From: Trichoplax sp. H2
Lineage: Eukaryota
DNA length: 64,000 nucleotides
Assembly: GCA_003344405.1 (NCBI GenBank)
Contig: NOWV01000031.1
Span: 248,001 to 312,000, forward strand
Direction of reading: 5' to 3'
How positions within the stretch are numbered: the stretch's first letter is position 1; each line of letters starts with the position of its first letter. Shown piece after piece: positions 37,594 to 51,271 of the stretch. A program made the translations under genes and the position numbers. The notes beneath the pieces were generated by a model. That model was not told the DNA's origin. It was given only the letters and a program-made list of their open reading frames with translations, and did not search any database.

Positions 37594-40500
37594 TTATGAA
37601 AGACTTGCGGATAATTCTGGCATCCATTCTAATTCACCCATATCTGATATCGAATTACCATTATATTCATAGCTAATTCTAAATTTCAATCGAACTTTCT
37701 CCTATTATAATGATAGGGTAAATTTCAAGTGAGTTAGAGTTAATTTCACACCCTAGTCTAAGGCAAATAATAAGCAATATCCATAACGAATTATAGCGAA
37801 AATGTTTCCATTATTATTATACTATACCATTGCTGGGTTAGCTATAAGCATCACTTGCGTCACAGTTGCTGGTGCTTCAATTGGATTACGAGCAGCTAAA
37901 CTACTCGCAGAGGGCGGTTGTAGCTTTACTCCTTGTGTCTATCGTACAATAGACGCATTACCATAATTATTATTATTATAAACGTGTTTAAATTCACCAA
38001 ATTAAAAAAAGCGCATTTTGATCTGAAATTATAACCATAACGGATAAAATAAATCACTTACCTTTGGTACAGCAGCCTCAAAGACGAATTTACTAATAGC
38101 AAATGGTAAAAAGCTCATGGTTGATATGATATGTGATGTGATACCTTGCATTGGTGCATCCTAAGACATGTAACCGGCAAGTAATCAATAAATCAGTACA
38201 ACACACCTACAAATGACGAAGGTTTGTCTATATTTAGTTCATTACGAATAAAAATGATGAATCCATCACCTGGGCAGTATAGATTAACGTTTTAATTCCA
38301 TTTTTATCATAGGCAGTAATAGGTTCAGTTTGGCCTATATTAACGCAATATTAATTTATTTTGCTTTTGTAACTACATTTTGCACACGTACATGCCAGGA
38401 AGAAACAGTTATGATCTTACCAGGCTTGATAGATTCTAGTGGAACGGTTAAATTAGGTAGTGCTTGAATAGGGTCTGTATTACTGGGAGATGCAGGCTTT
38501 AACAGCTGATTGTCTGACGTTGAAGGGCTCATAGTGCCTGAACCCGACTTATTAGTATCTAATTGCGCAAGCAGATCCAACGCTGACGATTTTTCTAGCA
38601 CAATATTGCCTTTGCCACTTTGTTGACTTTTTTCCAAAGCTTCTCGTTTAGCTGCGCTGTAAGCAGTCTCCATGACAGCCTGATTGCCGCCCATAGAGCC
38701 AATAAGATTTACTGGTGATGCATTGTTCGTGTTACTATTAGGCCAACCTGGATTACCACCAAAAACTGCATTACTTTGGTTAGGACCAGGTGAACCCATA
38801 CCAGTGGATTGCAGGGTCGTATTAGTTCCGAAACCGGACATCATAGGCGTACTTGGTTCATTCATCGACTATTTTAAAAATATTTGTTACTATCAGCAAA
38901 TTCAAATAGTCTTTACTTCATAATATGCTATAATACATATCGCACAACTTACGAATATATCATGGGATGCTGGACTAATTGGGGTGCCAGGATTAACGGA
39001 AGTGTTTGCCGGTCGATTAACCTATAATTAAGTTAAGCAAACAAAGGTCAATATAGATATTAACTGTTATACTGATCATTACTCGATTTCAATTATCGTT
39101 TAATGTAAATCATACCGGTTGAGATAAACTGGAATCAAGATTGCCCAACCCAAGCTCTGCTAATTGTTTATCTAACAGAGAGGTATCATTTCCGTCTGGT
39201 CTGGCAGGAGAAGCCGACGTTGTCATTGATGCTGTTGAGGAGCTCACACTGCTGTTGAATCCCATATCAAGGAGTAAGTCATTCCGCGGAGGTGCCGCTG
39301 CCGGGCCAGGCACTAAAGGCACTAGTAATTATAGTTACATGCAAGATTGTCAGTTAGGTATTCTACGCTGTTGACAGTTTTTATAGCATATCAAGCACAT
39401 ACCATCAGTTTTAGCTTGTGTTAGTAGGACCTCGCTCTTACTAACTTGATTGGTAGTAGCAGCCTTGCCAGCCATGACATTTTGATACCTTTCCATTACG
39501 GCACTTAACTCTTCACTGACTTTGATAATATTTTCTGAAAGTATTTGCATATACCATCATTATTTTAGTGTATAATTAATACTTGGCCAGTAACCGTTAG
39601 CAAACACTTACGTAGCAGAGCTTCGTCAGACTCAACTTCACCAGCATTTTTCTGTAACTGATTTCGAATTTCTTCACAAGAACGGTACAATTCCTATGAC
39701 ATTTTAAAAATAAAACAATATATCTCAGGGCATGTTTCATTCACTTTGTATAATTATGATATAATAAATAATAAGTGATTTCGGATACTATTCTACCTCC
39801 ATTGTTTCCTTTTCTTGACCGGACGAGCTAGTCGAATAATAATCTAGCATGTCCGACAGTAATTTACCATTATTTCTAGCCCTTTCCAAGTCATTCAGCC
39901 GTTGGCTATGCTTTTCTAACTTATGCTGATCCTACAGAATAATTGTACGCAAATCATTAATAAACTCTATCATTCCTTCCAATTACTGTATAATGTCATT
40001 CATTAAAATACCAACCTGCTTTACCATATTTTTAATCAATCGATTGGCAGCTTGCAAATCATCAGGATGATTACTCCGTAGTAGTCGAGCTAGATGCTAT
40101 CGTTAATAAAATTGAAGCGTATGATTAGCATGAATAAATTGAAACCATCATGTATCGATGTCTATTGATGAATTGCTAATTTCTGATGTATAAAGTATTT
40201 ACTGTAGTGAGATATATCACTACTAATAGACAGATCTTGCATTTGCCAAGCTTTGATCCGATTAATAAAATTGCACGATACCTTTGATTTTTCATCATCT
40301 TCAAAGATACTCTTGCCTCTTGTGCGCGATTCAGGTGAAGTAGCGTTAGGAGATTGTGCTTGGTTGGCATTCACCACCTATATAATTGTGTATCATTTAT
40401 AGGAAATTTAATATATTATAATCATCGGAATAACTTTTCCTCGGTTTCACCTTGTCATCTTCTTCTTCTGTAATGATACCTATTGAATTAAGTTACAAAT

Positions 40501-43117
40501 GATACGGCCTGATTAGTTCAATACATTTATAATTTTATTAATAGTACTGTATAGTGAATTCGATGGTAAAAACTGTCCTATTCCTCCAATGCATTGATAT
40601 GCTGTAATCGTCCAAATCTAGTTACAACAGCTATGACTACACTGAATCAGTTAACACCATTGATACTATGACAAATTAGTTTCAACCTTGTTTTAATAAC
40701 ATATTCAGCGCTTCTATAATTTTTGGTTCGGACGGGATATTTCTACTCCAGTTTCGAAACAGTGTCTTTATTCGTTTTTGAACTTGAACAGGTGTTTGCA
40801 TTGCTAAGTACTAAAAAGGCAACGGTTATACAGGAATTAAGAATATAGCATTTAGCTAAGACAAAATGATATAATTGCAAGTGGCTATAAGGGAAATTGT
40901 AGGCGAATTAACATTGTACCGTTCTTATTATTTCGCACTAACCTTGGGTGAAATTAATTTAATTAATTCATTTAAAAAGCGAAATTTGCCAATCTCTTGC
41001 TGGAAGTCTTTACCACAATTAACAGCACAAGTATCTAAAACCTAGTTGCATTATGTGTATGTTCAGTTTTAGTTGATGCTCGATTCAAGGCCATGTCGGT
41101 ATTTTCAATCTGCAATCGTACTCTATTGACTTACCACGATAGTACGTACGGCGCAAACTTCATTTCTACTCTGCAATCCGCTCAACAGCAGGCGAACAGC
41201 AATCATAACGCTATCAAGGAAGATAAAGTAGGTTTATGCATTGATTGGCAATAGTAGAAGAAATGCTTTTCAAAACAATTTGTATTTAAGATTAGTAGCA
41301 AAAACCCAGAAGATGGACTACGTTAGAATGAACTTGTGTACACTATACAGTATTTCTATTGTAGGGTATCTTCATGGCTAGCCTATTGAGGTTATATCAC
41401 CAAAAATGATTGCGTTAAGCCATAATATAAAACTCTTTTTCCTACAAGTAATACCGTAGCGCATAAGAATTTACCCCTCTTGTGTCGTCTTTACAGCTTC
41501 AACAAAGGTCATGATAGCTTGCCAATCTTCAGTTGGAGTGCTGGCATCGGTTGCTTTTTCTACAAAGTTCATGAAAAAAAGTAGAAAATTAATGATACTA
41601 TTGATTACAATCTGGCAAGCAATGATCCGTGTATTGCCCTTTTCGAGTTTGTTGGAAACGAGTTAAAGGGAGGTTAGCATCATTATTGACATTGATAGAG
41701 TGGGATGACTGCAGATAAAGAACGAATTTATCGGAGAGTTTCAACATTTTTTCATGAAAAGACAGTAGTGGTATTAAATCATTGCTATCCTTTTCTAGTA
41801 ACAGTAGGGAGAGGTTGATATCATCCTTGTTGCTTTCAAGCCCATTGAATATTACATTGGGGATTCCAGCAGACGAAAAGAAATGTACGACTAGGATATC
41901 GGCATAATTTTACATCGACTAGAGAGTCGGTAGGAATCATTCATGGTTCTATTAGAGCCTATTTCAACATGTACACTCCTATTGCGTCATCCCTACAACG
42001 AGGAATGAGCAGTCCTTAACCTCTTGGATAATTAATCAATTATTAACGACAATAAATCGTTATCACAGTCATAGGACAGAAAATCATGCCCATTCTTCCA
42101 TCATTGAAGAAAGAATTTATTCTTTCATGGAGAAATGAGTAAACTATATGCCAATGAAGAAGCAGATAAGAAAGAACTATTTGTTATCTATCCTAAATTG
42201 AACAAGTTTATTTTAGCTCAGAAATCGATCTTGAGCTACTACAACATGTATTAATTAGTCAGGGTGTCAACTTTAACCATGTCAATGGCTCTCATGGACT
42301 TGTTGGAACGAAAGAAAATAAATTGTGTGAGTTCATTTTGCATTGGATCTATTGATTAACGATGACATTGATGTGAAAATTGACCAACAGTAATGGTATT
42401 TGGACATCGTCTACGGCATAAAAGACTGTCAAAGGAAAGTGCGGCGAGATCGATGGATGGTGATGATAGCCATTATTAATTCATGGATAATAAGGAAGTG
42501 ATGGACAGTGTTGGAGAGATTGTTACTGTACGATCATGATTCGACGGGCAATCAAGTGATTATTCGATTATTCACATTGATGTCAAAATTGACCAACAGT
42601 AATGGTATTTGGACATCGTCTACGGCATAACAGACTGTCAAAGTAAAGTGCCGCGATCGATGGATGGTGATGATAGCCATGATTAATTCATGGATAATAA
42701 GGAAGCGATGGACAGTGTTGGAGAGCTCGTTACTGTACGATCATGATTCGATGGGCAATCAAGTGATTCTTGGCTATGGATTAATGACTGGCATAAAAAT
42801 GAAATCATTATCGATAGATAACTTGTCATCGTCACTGGAAATAGACTAAGACAGACGTAGACCAATTTCCTTTAGCCTTGACGATTGTCTTTCCATCAGT
42901 ACGAAGTAGGACTACAATGATGATGGTGGGATCGGGAATAGCCAAGAAATGCAGGGTGATTGTATGTTATGAAGGGGTGAAAAAGATGATTTTATCATTG
43001 GTTTACATGGATAAGATGACTGAGAATAGTTTTCAACACAATCAATGCTTAATACTTACTAAGTAAGGTATCCAAATGCCTTACTGATGCCATATCACTA
43101 GCAGGAGAAGCCGCCAT
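37594..43117 (-). CDS. GGA: Golgi-localised gamma-ear-containing ARF-binding protein (VHS-GAT-hinge-GAE)
   Basis: Exon 1 (43060-43117) MAASPASDMASVRHLDTLL splices to KKATDASTPTEDWQAIMTFVEAVKTTQEG. VHS: VLDTCAVNCGKDFQQEIGKFRFLNELIKLISPK. GAT: IFEDDEKSK|HLARLLRSNHPDDLQAANRLIKNMVKQ. Hinge: SLLDKQLAELGL and LTVPLESIKPG. GAE: FVFEAAVPK|TQGVKLQPPSASSLAARNPIEAPATVTQVMLIANPAM|EKVRLKFRISYEY...SLS*. Confidence 0.95.
42365..42768. repeat. Two-copy tandem duplication (~200-bp unit) in GGA intron 1
   Basis: ACATTGATGT(G/C)AAAATTGACCAACAGTAATGGTATTTGGACATCGTCTACGGCATAA...GGGCAATCAAGTGATT at 42365-42561 and 42575-42768. Confidence 0.9.
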
Positions 43118-43155
43118 GTTGTTCCTGCCCGTTGACTCCTTGTGACCACCGTGGC

Positions 43156-43214
43156 TGACGTCACACCAGCCTAGCCACGACACCAGTGTCGACGGAAGGG
43201 GAAGCCTGACGTCA
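43156..43214. promoter_or_regulatory. Two palindromic CRE sites (TGACGTCA) just upstream of the GGA start codon
   Basis: TGACGTCA at 43156-43163 and 43207-43214, with an ETS-like CGGAAG between them. TGACGTCA is the established CREB/ATF site. Confidence 0.65.
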
Positions 43215-43557
43215 TCTAGTACAGTGTACAGTGTACAGTACTCAGTGAACTCTTGTACTGTACTGGACAGTACTGTGAATAGTCAGTTAATATGACCAAG
43301 CGAAGGTTCCTACTACTCTTAATGATGGTAGCATGGAGAAAAAATAGGGAAGACGTCGTTAAAGTTATTGTAAAACTACCGACTAACTCTTATTGGATTG
43401 AAAAACGGCGGGTTCGATAATGCACTGTACTGTATGTGCGCCGTTCACACTTACAGTACAACGCAATGTACAGCAATTGCAAGTTTGTCTTATACTGTAC
43501 TGTACGTAAAGTTCAATTTTTTTCTCAACTCGATGTTGTTGTAGATTAATATTCAAT

Positions 43558-43740
43558 AACTGAACACCATGATAACAACTCAAAAACGAAACACCATAAT
43601 GTCTATGGTAATGTAGATTCATATTCAAAAACTAAACACCATAATAATAAAAACTCAAAAACTAAACGCCATAATGTTACCATAAAGTCTTTGGTGTTGT
43701 AGATTAATTAATTAATATTCAAAAACTAAACACCATCATA
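43558..43740. repeat. Short imperfect direct repeats (AAAAACTAAACACCATAAT-like) in the GGA-RRP7A intergenic region
   Basis: About five copies of ACT(A/G)AAC(A/G)CCAT-like units, often preceded by TCAAAA. Confidence 0.6.
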
Positions 43741-44621
43741 GTGAATAGATTCATTACAGTAGATTCATGATACTGTACTGTAGTTTGGAGTACATTGTAC
43801 TGTACAAGCTTTCGGTTCTGCGCGGTTTGGGCTGCGTCAGTCTACTGTCTGTCAGTGTCTGGTCTATCTCTGGCAGCACTCTGACACTCTGCCATATCAA
43901 TCAACAACTTTTCAGTCATGCTATATAGTCAACACCAGCCATTGCAGTCGTGTTGATGAATACACCTTGCAGCAAAGGACATTGTCCACACTACTGTAGA
44001 GAGTGTACAAGCACGTTCGAAAACAAATTTGAATTGAAAAATTCATTTTTTCACTTTTGTATTCAGTTAAGTTTAGTTCTCTATTCAAGGCATCAATCTG
44101 CCATTCCAGTAGACGCAGTGATGCAGTCAGTCATGGACTCATTGGACAGCGCACCATTGCACTGCCAACGGACCCACTAGCCAGGCAGTCAGGCACGAAC
44201 ATGGGCGGCCATTGGGGCCATGGCGTGCATGGACTACTGGACAAGACGACGGACTCGGTTTCAAGCCTTCCGTCTAGTAGTCTGTCCAATCTCCATGAAG
44301 CCTTCAACGGTTCAACCATCAAACGGGTCATGTGTTTGATGAATGACCCAACGACTGCAAGCAGTCCAGACAGAGTTCAGTACTAGTACCAACGTTACAG
44401 TGGATTTGTCACAGTACAAAGTACCTTGATTACAAGGTATGGTACTGTGAGAGGAGTCTAAAGTACTGTAGGTTGCTTCGAATCCAACCTAGAGCCGTGA
44501 GCAGGCGCACAGTGCACTGACAGGGTCGCACTATACAGAAAGACAGGCGTGCGGATGAAACCACGGAGACTCTCCTCCATGCGATGCAAGCTCACAGCCA
44601 AAAGGATTGATCGAGTCCAAA

Positions 44622-46501
44622 ATGGCTGCTTTAAAAGAGTTCTTACAAATGAAAGTTCAATTCAATGAGGAGTGCCAAAATCAACATATCATGTATTATA
44701 AGAGACATACTGTACGACAAGAGTGCCAGGATATTCCATCGGATAGGACGTTATTTATTATTAATGTACCTCCTTACTGCACCAAGGTCAGTCGGATAGC
44801 CAAGGCAACCAACCTTTCACTGACGACAGTCCATCTTCATGCCTTTGCTAAATTCCAATAATCACTACAGTCGCTCATCAAACTGAAGCTAATGTTATAA
44901 AGCTAAAATCTCATCTTTTCTATTGCATATCCATCTATACTAGAATATTCTACGGCAAATATTTAGCCTATTTGGTGAAATTGATGACATCTATCAATTG
45001 AGACAACCTGCCAACACCATTCCACAATATGCAAAAGAGGATAGCTCAAGCTGCTTTCGTCGCCAACTACATACAGTAAGTAGCTGTGCCTATATTCATC
45101 TATGAAGGGATATCAACATAATCGGAATAGTTGCAGAATGTAAGATAATATCACTGTTTTTACCATGTGAGTGAGTGAGGGATACCATAGAATCTTATGT
45201 CTACTCGATACCAAGTCCAACTATCAGGTCGTCAACATGGATTAATGAATAGGTTATCCAATTGCCATTCATAACCTACTTTTCATCAAGTTATCTATGA
45301 CAATGTCATCCATTTCTAGTATGTAGTGAATACATTATAACTATAACTCACGACAGGAAAGAATAAATCATAACAAAATAGAACTGCATACGTTGCTGTG
45401 AACGTGGACAATGATAACTGCAATGTGCACAATTACACACTTTCACGTAATCATACGCTTAAGAGTAATATACGCGTACACATCATTCCAGTTTCTGACG
45501 TAGATTAGCTCTATTATGTTAACCATATTTTACAACTAATAATACGACGCACTAAGAAGACATCACAAACTATTCTGCCTTACATAGGGATTTAGGGTAG
45601 CCTATATTGTTTTCAAGACTCCAATCAGCCTGATGAAAGCTCTTAAAGAAAGCTGTGATGACACTGTTGTATTAGCAAATCTTGAAGAACCACCCTTAGT
45701 AGGCTATAAGAGTAAGTTGACATACCCTAGTTCAAATTTATAACAGTAATAGAATGGCATTACTAAAATAAATATCTAGGATGATGCATTAACAAAACCG
45801 CTATTTTCATTTTCAGAATGGTGCCAAGAGTATGCCGCAGAGAGACCAGCGCCACAATTATTGCAATCAGAAATTGATCAATTTATGGAAGATTTTCAAA
45901 AGCGAGAGAAACTCGTAAGTCGTCCATACTGTACATATACAATTATATCACAGGGTAATGGATCGAATAGCTAGATATCGTCGTGTAACTGTCTTTTGCT
46001 AAACTAAATTGCACGAGTGTTACGTTTTTAGGACGAATCCCAAAATTCGAATGAACCTGATGATGACGGCTGGGTCACTGTTAAACGTAAGAACAAATAC
46101 CCAATATTCTCAAATGAAGATCAGGAACAACAGCAATCGAAAAAGAAAAAGAAAAAGAAAACAGTATGCATTGCCCATCTGCTTATGAAAATAATTTTTT
46201 CAATAGTATTTTGGAAAGTTCAAAGTGTAAGGTTATTAAAATAATATTTGAACCAAAACTTCTATGTTATTTTACAGGACTTAATCAATTTCTATCGATT
46301 CGAAGTAAGAGAATCCAAGCGTGAGCGTAAGTATTATACTACTCGTACTTAGTTGTTTATACTCTCCTTAAAATACTGTCAATAATTAATATTCAATCAA
46401 AAATAATAATACTAGATATTGCCCAATTACGAAAAAAGTTTGAAGAAGATAAGAAAAAGATTGCTTTGATGAAAGAGACTAGGAGATTTAAACCTTATTG
46501 A
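44622..46501 (+). CDS. RRP7A: Ribosomal RNA-processing protein 7 homolog A (about 7 exons)
   Basis: MAALKEFLQMKVQFNEECQNQHIMYYKRHTVRQECQDIPSDRTLFIINVPPYCTK|NILRQIFSLFGEID...GFRVAYIVFK...LQSEIDQFMEDF...EPDDDGWVTVKRK...DLINFYRFEVRESKRE|HIAQLRKKFEEDKKKIALMKETRRFKPY*, the Rrp7 C-terminal signature. Confidence 0.95.
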
Positions 46502-48372
46502 GTTACTTGGATACCATTACCTGACAATGCAAGCTTGTAATGAATTATTAGAACCTCCCGTGGTAACTAAACCCTAATGAGTTATGTGCAAAGGAGATGC
46601 CATGATTGGATGCTTTAGCTCTACAAGTATTCTCACTTATAGTCTATTATTTGGTCAAGTTAATGTTTTTATCGACGGCTATCAATTTTCCGCATCATTA
46701 TATAATGTCAGCCGATATGATGAGATAGAATAATTATTGAGAAAGCATCCCCACCCAAATATTGCATTACGTGTATTAGATTGTGCATTATAAAATTTTT
46801 TGCAGGTTTGATATAAATTATGTGTATATAGCCACTGAAGCTTTGAACGTATTACATCCACGCTGTTAATGTACTTGTGAACTTATATATTTATACAAGA
46901 AGATGATGGCCCATTTTCTTAGCATAATACCTTTCTCACCACAGTCGTAGGAGTTTAACATCTTTGTATATCAGCAGTCAACAATACATAAATTTAAACT
47001 TACTTTCCAAATTTATTGCTGTATTATGATTTGTACAATATACAAACAGTTTCTTTACTTCAAATTGATAAAATATAGAATTTCATCATATTCTAATTTT
47101 TAAATGTTATGATCTCAATTGGTGTACGCAAGCTACGCCATGTACTTGGTTGTTTGATTTGATATAATGTTAATAAATTGGAAGACTTTCCTTCATTCAG
47201 GACATCGATGAATATATATAAAATCTACTACTGCGTGCAATCCTAAATGCTGATTTCGTCTGTTTTTCTTCTAATAGTATCGAAAAATAATGGCATTAGG
47301 TTATTCTATGATACAATTTATCAATAAAATTTAGGAATCTTTCTATAATAGTAACCGCTATCTTAATACGTAGGTTATTTAAAATTTCGTCAAGCATCTT
47401 ATTCGTCAACAAGCGATCGATAAAATAATCACAACGACGAGTATTTCGTTCATTTAAATTGAAGATACATCAAGTATAGACTTATACATTAACAAAATAA
47501 TATTCTACAAAATTTCATTAATCCGCCTAATAGACAAACATAAGTATGCATGAGCTATTTATGACAGTTTACAACCTGTGCAAACCATTGAAGTTGATTA
47601 GAAATAAATAATGTAATATTTATAGCACTTTTCTGGATATAAACACGGCATTTAAGCATGTTATTTTAAAGCATAATAATATTATAACTATAGATAGTTC
47701 CTTAATGTTGTTGCATGAAATAGTTAAAAAATCAGCTATCACCAACTGCATTGTGCCCTCCATCTGTCGTTCATAAATACAGTAGTCTAGATCCAATCTA
47801 TTATCATGATTATTGAAATAGATTGTGCATCTTCTAATCTTGAAATGGCAACAGCTATAAGTTATTGCAGCCTGTGAATGTATCTTGATGACCACAACAG
47901 CTCATTAGTATGCAACAGCATGCTGACAATAGGTGGAAAGAATTTAATCTCTATTAATTAATGCGCGTGCCGACAAGAATAAACTATCGTTGTTTTGGTA
48001 TCTTGATATGAGTATCGATGACAAGTTTGCGTAGTCTTCCCCTACAACTATTCAATATTACTATCGAGCTCATTATTTAATATTCTCCTTATATCAACAA
48101 CGAAAGCCATGCTGGGATTGAAAGTGTGGTACAAAGGCAAAAGCAGCTTCTAATTGGGCAAGAAATTGGATACTGACATATGCAATTTTAAAACCATTCA
48201 ATTCTATGTTGATTTAACATCTTTTCTTCTGATTTTGGATATTGTTGTCATCAATTTAACTGTATTGGCTTAACATCACCATAGGATTGAGTAGCAAAAG
48301 CACGCTATTAATTCTTGTGATCTCGCAAGCTGCCAACATTAAGACAGAAGGAAAGCAGTGCATAACTTCAAC

Positions 48373-49874
48373 ATGAACTCAATCCAATTCCTCGTCTTGG
48401 TTATCGCCATCCTTTTCCATCTTGCCATCGTCTACGCTGTCGATGAAGCTACTTTTGTAGGAGATGACTACGAGCTAATAGATCGCCATAATTTACCACT
48501 TCGCTTGGTAAGAATTGTAAATAGAAATAATAACTTTAGTTTATTACCGATTTTTTTCCAGCTTGTGTAACAGTATTTGAAAAAAAGATGATTCTCACTT
48601 GAGCATAATAACTTCAACTATTGGCTACTTTAATCGAGATTTATATGATCGATAAATAGTAAGTAAAAGTGCTGGTATTAGATAAGTCTCTTTCATTACT
48701 TTGTCCTTTACTTCGAAAGAGTTGGCTTTTATTGACAGTTATCCCTAGTAATGGACTCCTGAAAGCGCATTTTAATATCTTCACTGCTACTTTTTTTGTA
48801 TCTGTTACTTGAAAAAAACAATAATCTTAACGGCTACAGTTGCAATATCTTCATTCTATTGCAAGCAGAAATTTCAATTCATGACCATCATTTATGCGTA
48901 ACATTATATAAACGCGCTCTTCATTGCCCCATAATTACTACAAATCAACTGCGCTAACCTTTATTAATAAAATCCAATTTCGTCTTTCTAATAATCATTT
49001 AGCTATAGTTTATTTTTGTGGGCTTAAGTAACCAAAATTTCGATTTCAGCCTTCCTGCATATAGCTAATACAATTAAAATACTGTAGTTTTGTTTCGCAT
49101 TTTTAGGTTGATACAACCAAAGTTTTTATTCTAGCTCTCCTGCACAAAGCTTTCGAAATACGGTAGTTTCTTTCCTAGTCTGTCGTATAAATCTCATCAC
49201 TTATTTTAAGTTGCTTTTCAAATTATTCTTTCCCCACTCAGAAGCAAAGATAGGCGTCTTAAACAGTGCGAATTCTGAATTATGCCTTCTACCGTATTAG
49301 TATCTGTTACTCAAAATCGTTCATTTTAATAATATCCGAGTATTAATTCTATCTTATGCCATCAATTCTACGAGATAAAAGCCATTTCGTATTCGGTGAT
49401 TCCATTCCATTATTGGGTAAACTTCTTAAGTTATTTTAGCAATAATATTAGACGCACTTAAGGCCGTTACAATCGTTTTTAAAAGTTATAGTTTTAGAGT
49501 AGTAGGCATCGATGCTATCACTCGTTTTGTGCAAAATCTACTGCTCCTATGCTTTAAATCTACCTATGATAAAAATACCTAACCAGCTGTAGCAGCAATT
49601 CCAGAATCCTTTGCAATCACTTCAAGTTCGAATATATATTCGAAATAAATCATGTCTGAAATTACCTAGATCTAAGTTAATACCCACCGTCTAAGTTCCA
49701 ATAGACGAGCCGTTATATCTAATTTGTAGATAGACTGTGCGTATTTGATGTTCTGATGTTAGTAACGTCTATCGAACAGTATCAAAAAGAATTGAAAGTT
49801 AATATTTCAATCTCTCATTTTCTTTTAGAGGAATATCTAACTCTTGGGTCTCTGCTATATCAAGACATGGTTAA
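48373..49874 (+). CDS. Small secreted precursor (~78 aa): signal peptide, acidic segment, amphipathic C-terminal segment ending in Gly
   Basis: Exon 1 (48373-48507) MNSIQFLVLVIAILFHLAIVYA-VDEATFVGDDYELIDRHNLPLRL with donor GTAAGA. Proposed exon 2 (49107-49162) VDTTKVFILALLHKAFEI and exon 3 (49829-49874) (R)GISNSWVSAISRHG*. Phases are compatible and AATAAA lies at ~50177. Exon 1 is well supported; exons 2-3 are less certain. Confidence 0.6.
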
Positions 49875-51271
49875 CGTGGTCGGAAGACTAACGGCCGCCA
49901 AATAGGTTGATGATCAAGATAACATATCGTAGCTGTAACTGTCTTAGAAGGGATAGGCAATTGATACTAGATTATAACATTTGCCGACAGTGAATAGAAT
50001 TGCTCTAACTCGATTTAAATGGTATAAATCGTGGAATACCATTAGATGAAGCAGTAAATGGCCATGTATTTGTTCTTAATCTAGATAAATTGTGACATCG
50101 ATTGTCATAGTTTCTGATCACTACTAAAATTAACTGTAATATTCACTAAATCGATGTTTATTCTGCCTACATTACTAATAAAAATACAGTTAGATTGAAA
50201 TTTTTGCCTATTTAATATATAGTCTAAATTTTTGAGCTAATAATTTCAAAATTTCTTGCTCCAATCTTGATTGATATGAAATGATCATGGCTAGTAAATC
50301 AAGTAATAGCATAAGATTCTTTGAGAAAAACGAGCTATTTGATAAAATTATTTTACTACCATTAGACCCGTCTTTTATATTAAGGCTTGAAAAAGAAACT
50401 TTAGCAGATATCTAGAATAACATCCTACTGACTCTATTTATCAAATAATCGTAGTGCGTGGAAGTAAAATACGCGTATACCTACCAAAGCAAATTAATAG
50501 TTATATTACATCTTGATCAGGTATCCTTGCGCCTTTGAGTATGCTTAAGGTAGCATAGAACTAGAAGCATACATTGCATAAATTTCTAATATACTGAATT
50601 AGGTATTGTACGGTATATTAGATACTTAAAATATGGCTCTATACTTAATAAACTACGAATAGTAACAATGCTCAATCTGCAGAAATACAGTTAGATACTA
50701 GAGTGCTGATGAATTCTATTCAGCAAACTATAATCAGCTGAGGGAGAGGAGCCCAACTCATCAAACTACATGCAGGTTCTCTGCAATTTATCTGCATAAA
50801 TGACACGATATTGTCATCAATCTCTGGAAATTTAAATAGATAATGATATGCCAAACAAATTCCTATGGACATAGTACACCTACTGTAATGAATATTGCTT
50901 CTATCAACGTAAGGAATTAGATTTCACTTTATCTTTCATCAAATATAATTGCACATTTTAAAATGAAAGCGTTGACTATCTTTATTTTAAAACTGTTATC
51001 ATGACCAATTTGATCGATGCCTGATCCAAATCAAACGTAGTTCAGTACTTATACAAAAAATTATCAGCTACATAAACCTTCTATCTAAATACTATCAATA
51101 TAAAAGAATATGATAGAAAGGAGTTTCTATTTCGATCAATCTAGCGAAATCCTATCCTAATTGAACTTTCTTATCCCATTTACACCATTTGACTATACAG
51201 TGTAATCTAATGTCTTCATATCTGGTGGCTATTGAATATTTATGGGTTAAATGATGAATGTTCCGATGGAA

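Noticed and set aside
43950..44386. Overlapping ORFs in the GC-rich patch upstream of RRP7A
   Set aside because: No recognisable homology; open frames on both strands are expected from higher GC content in a promoter region.
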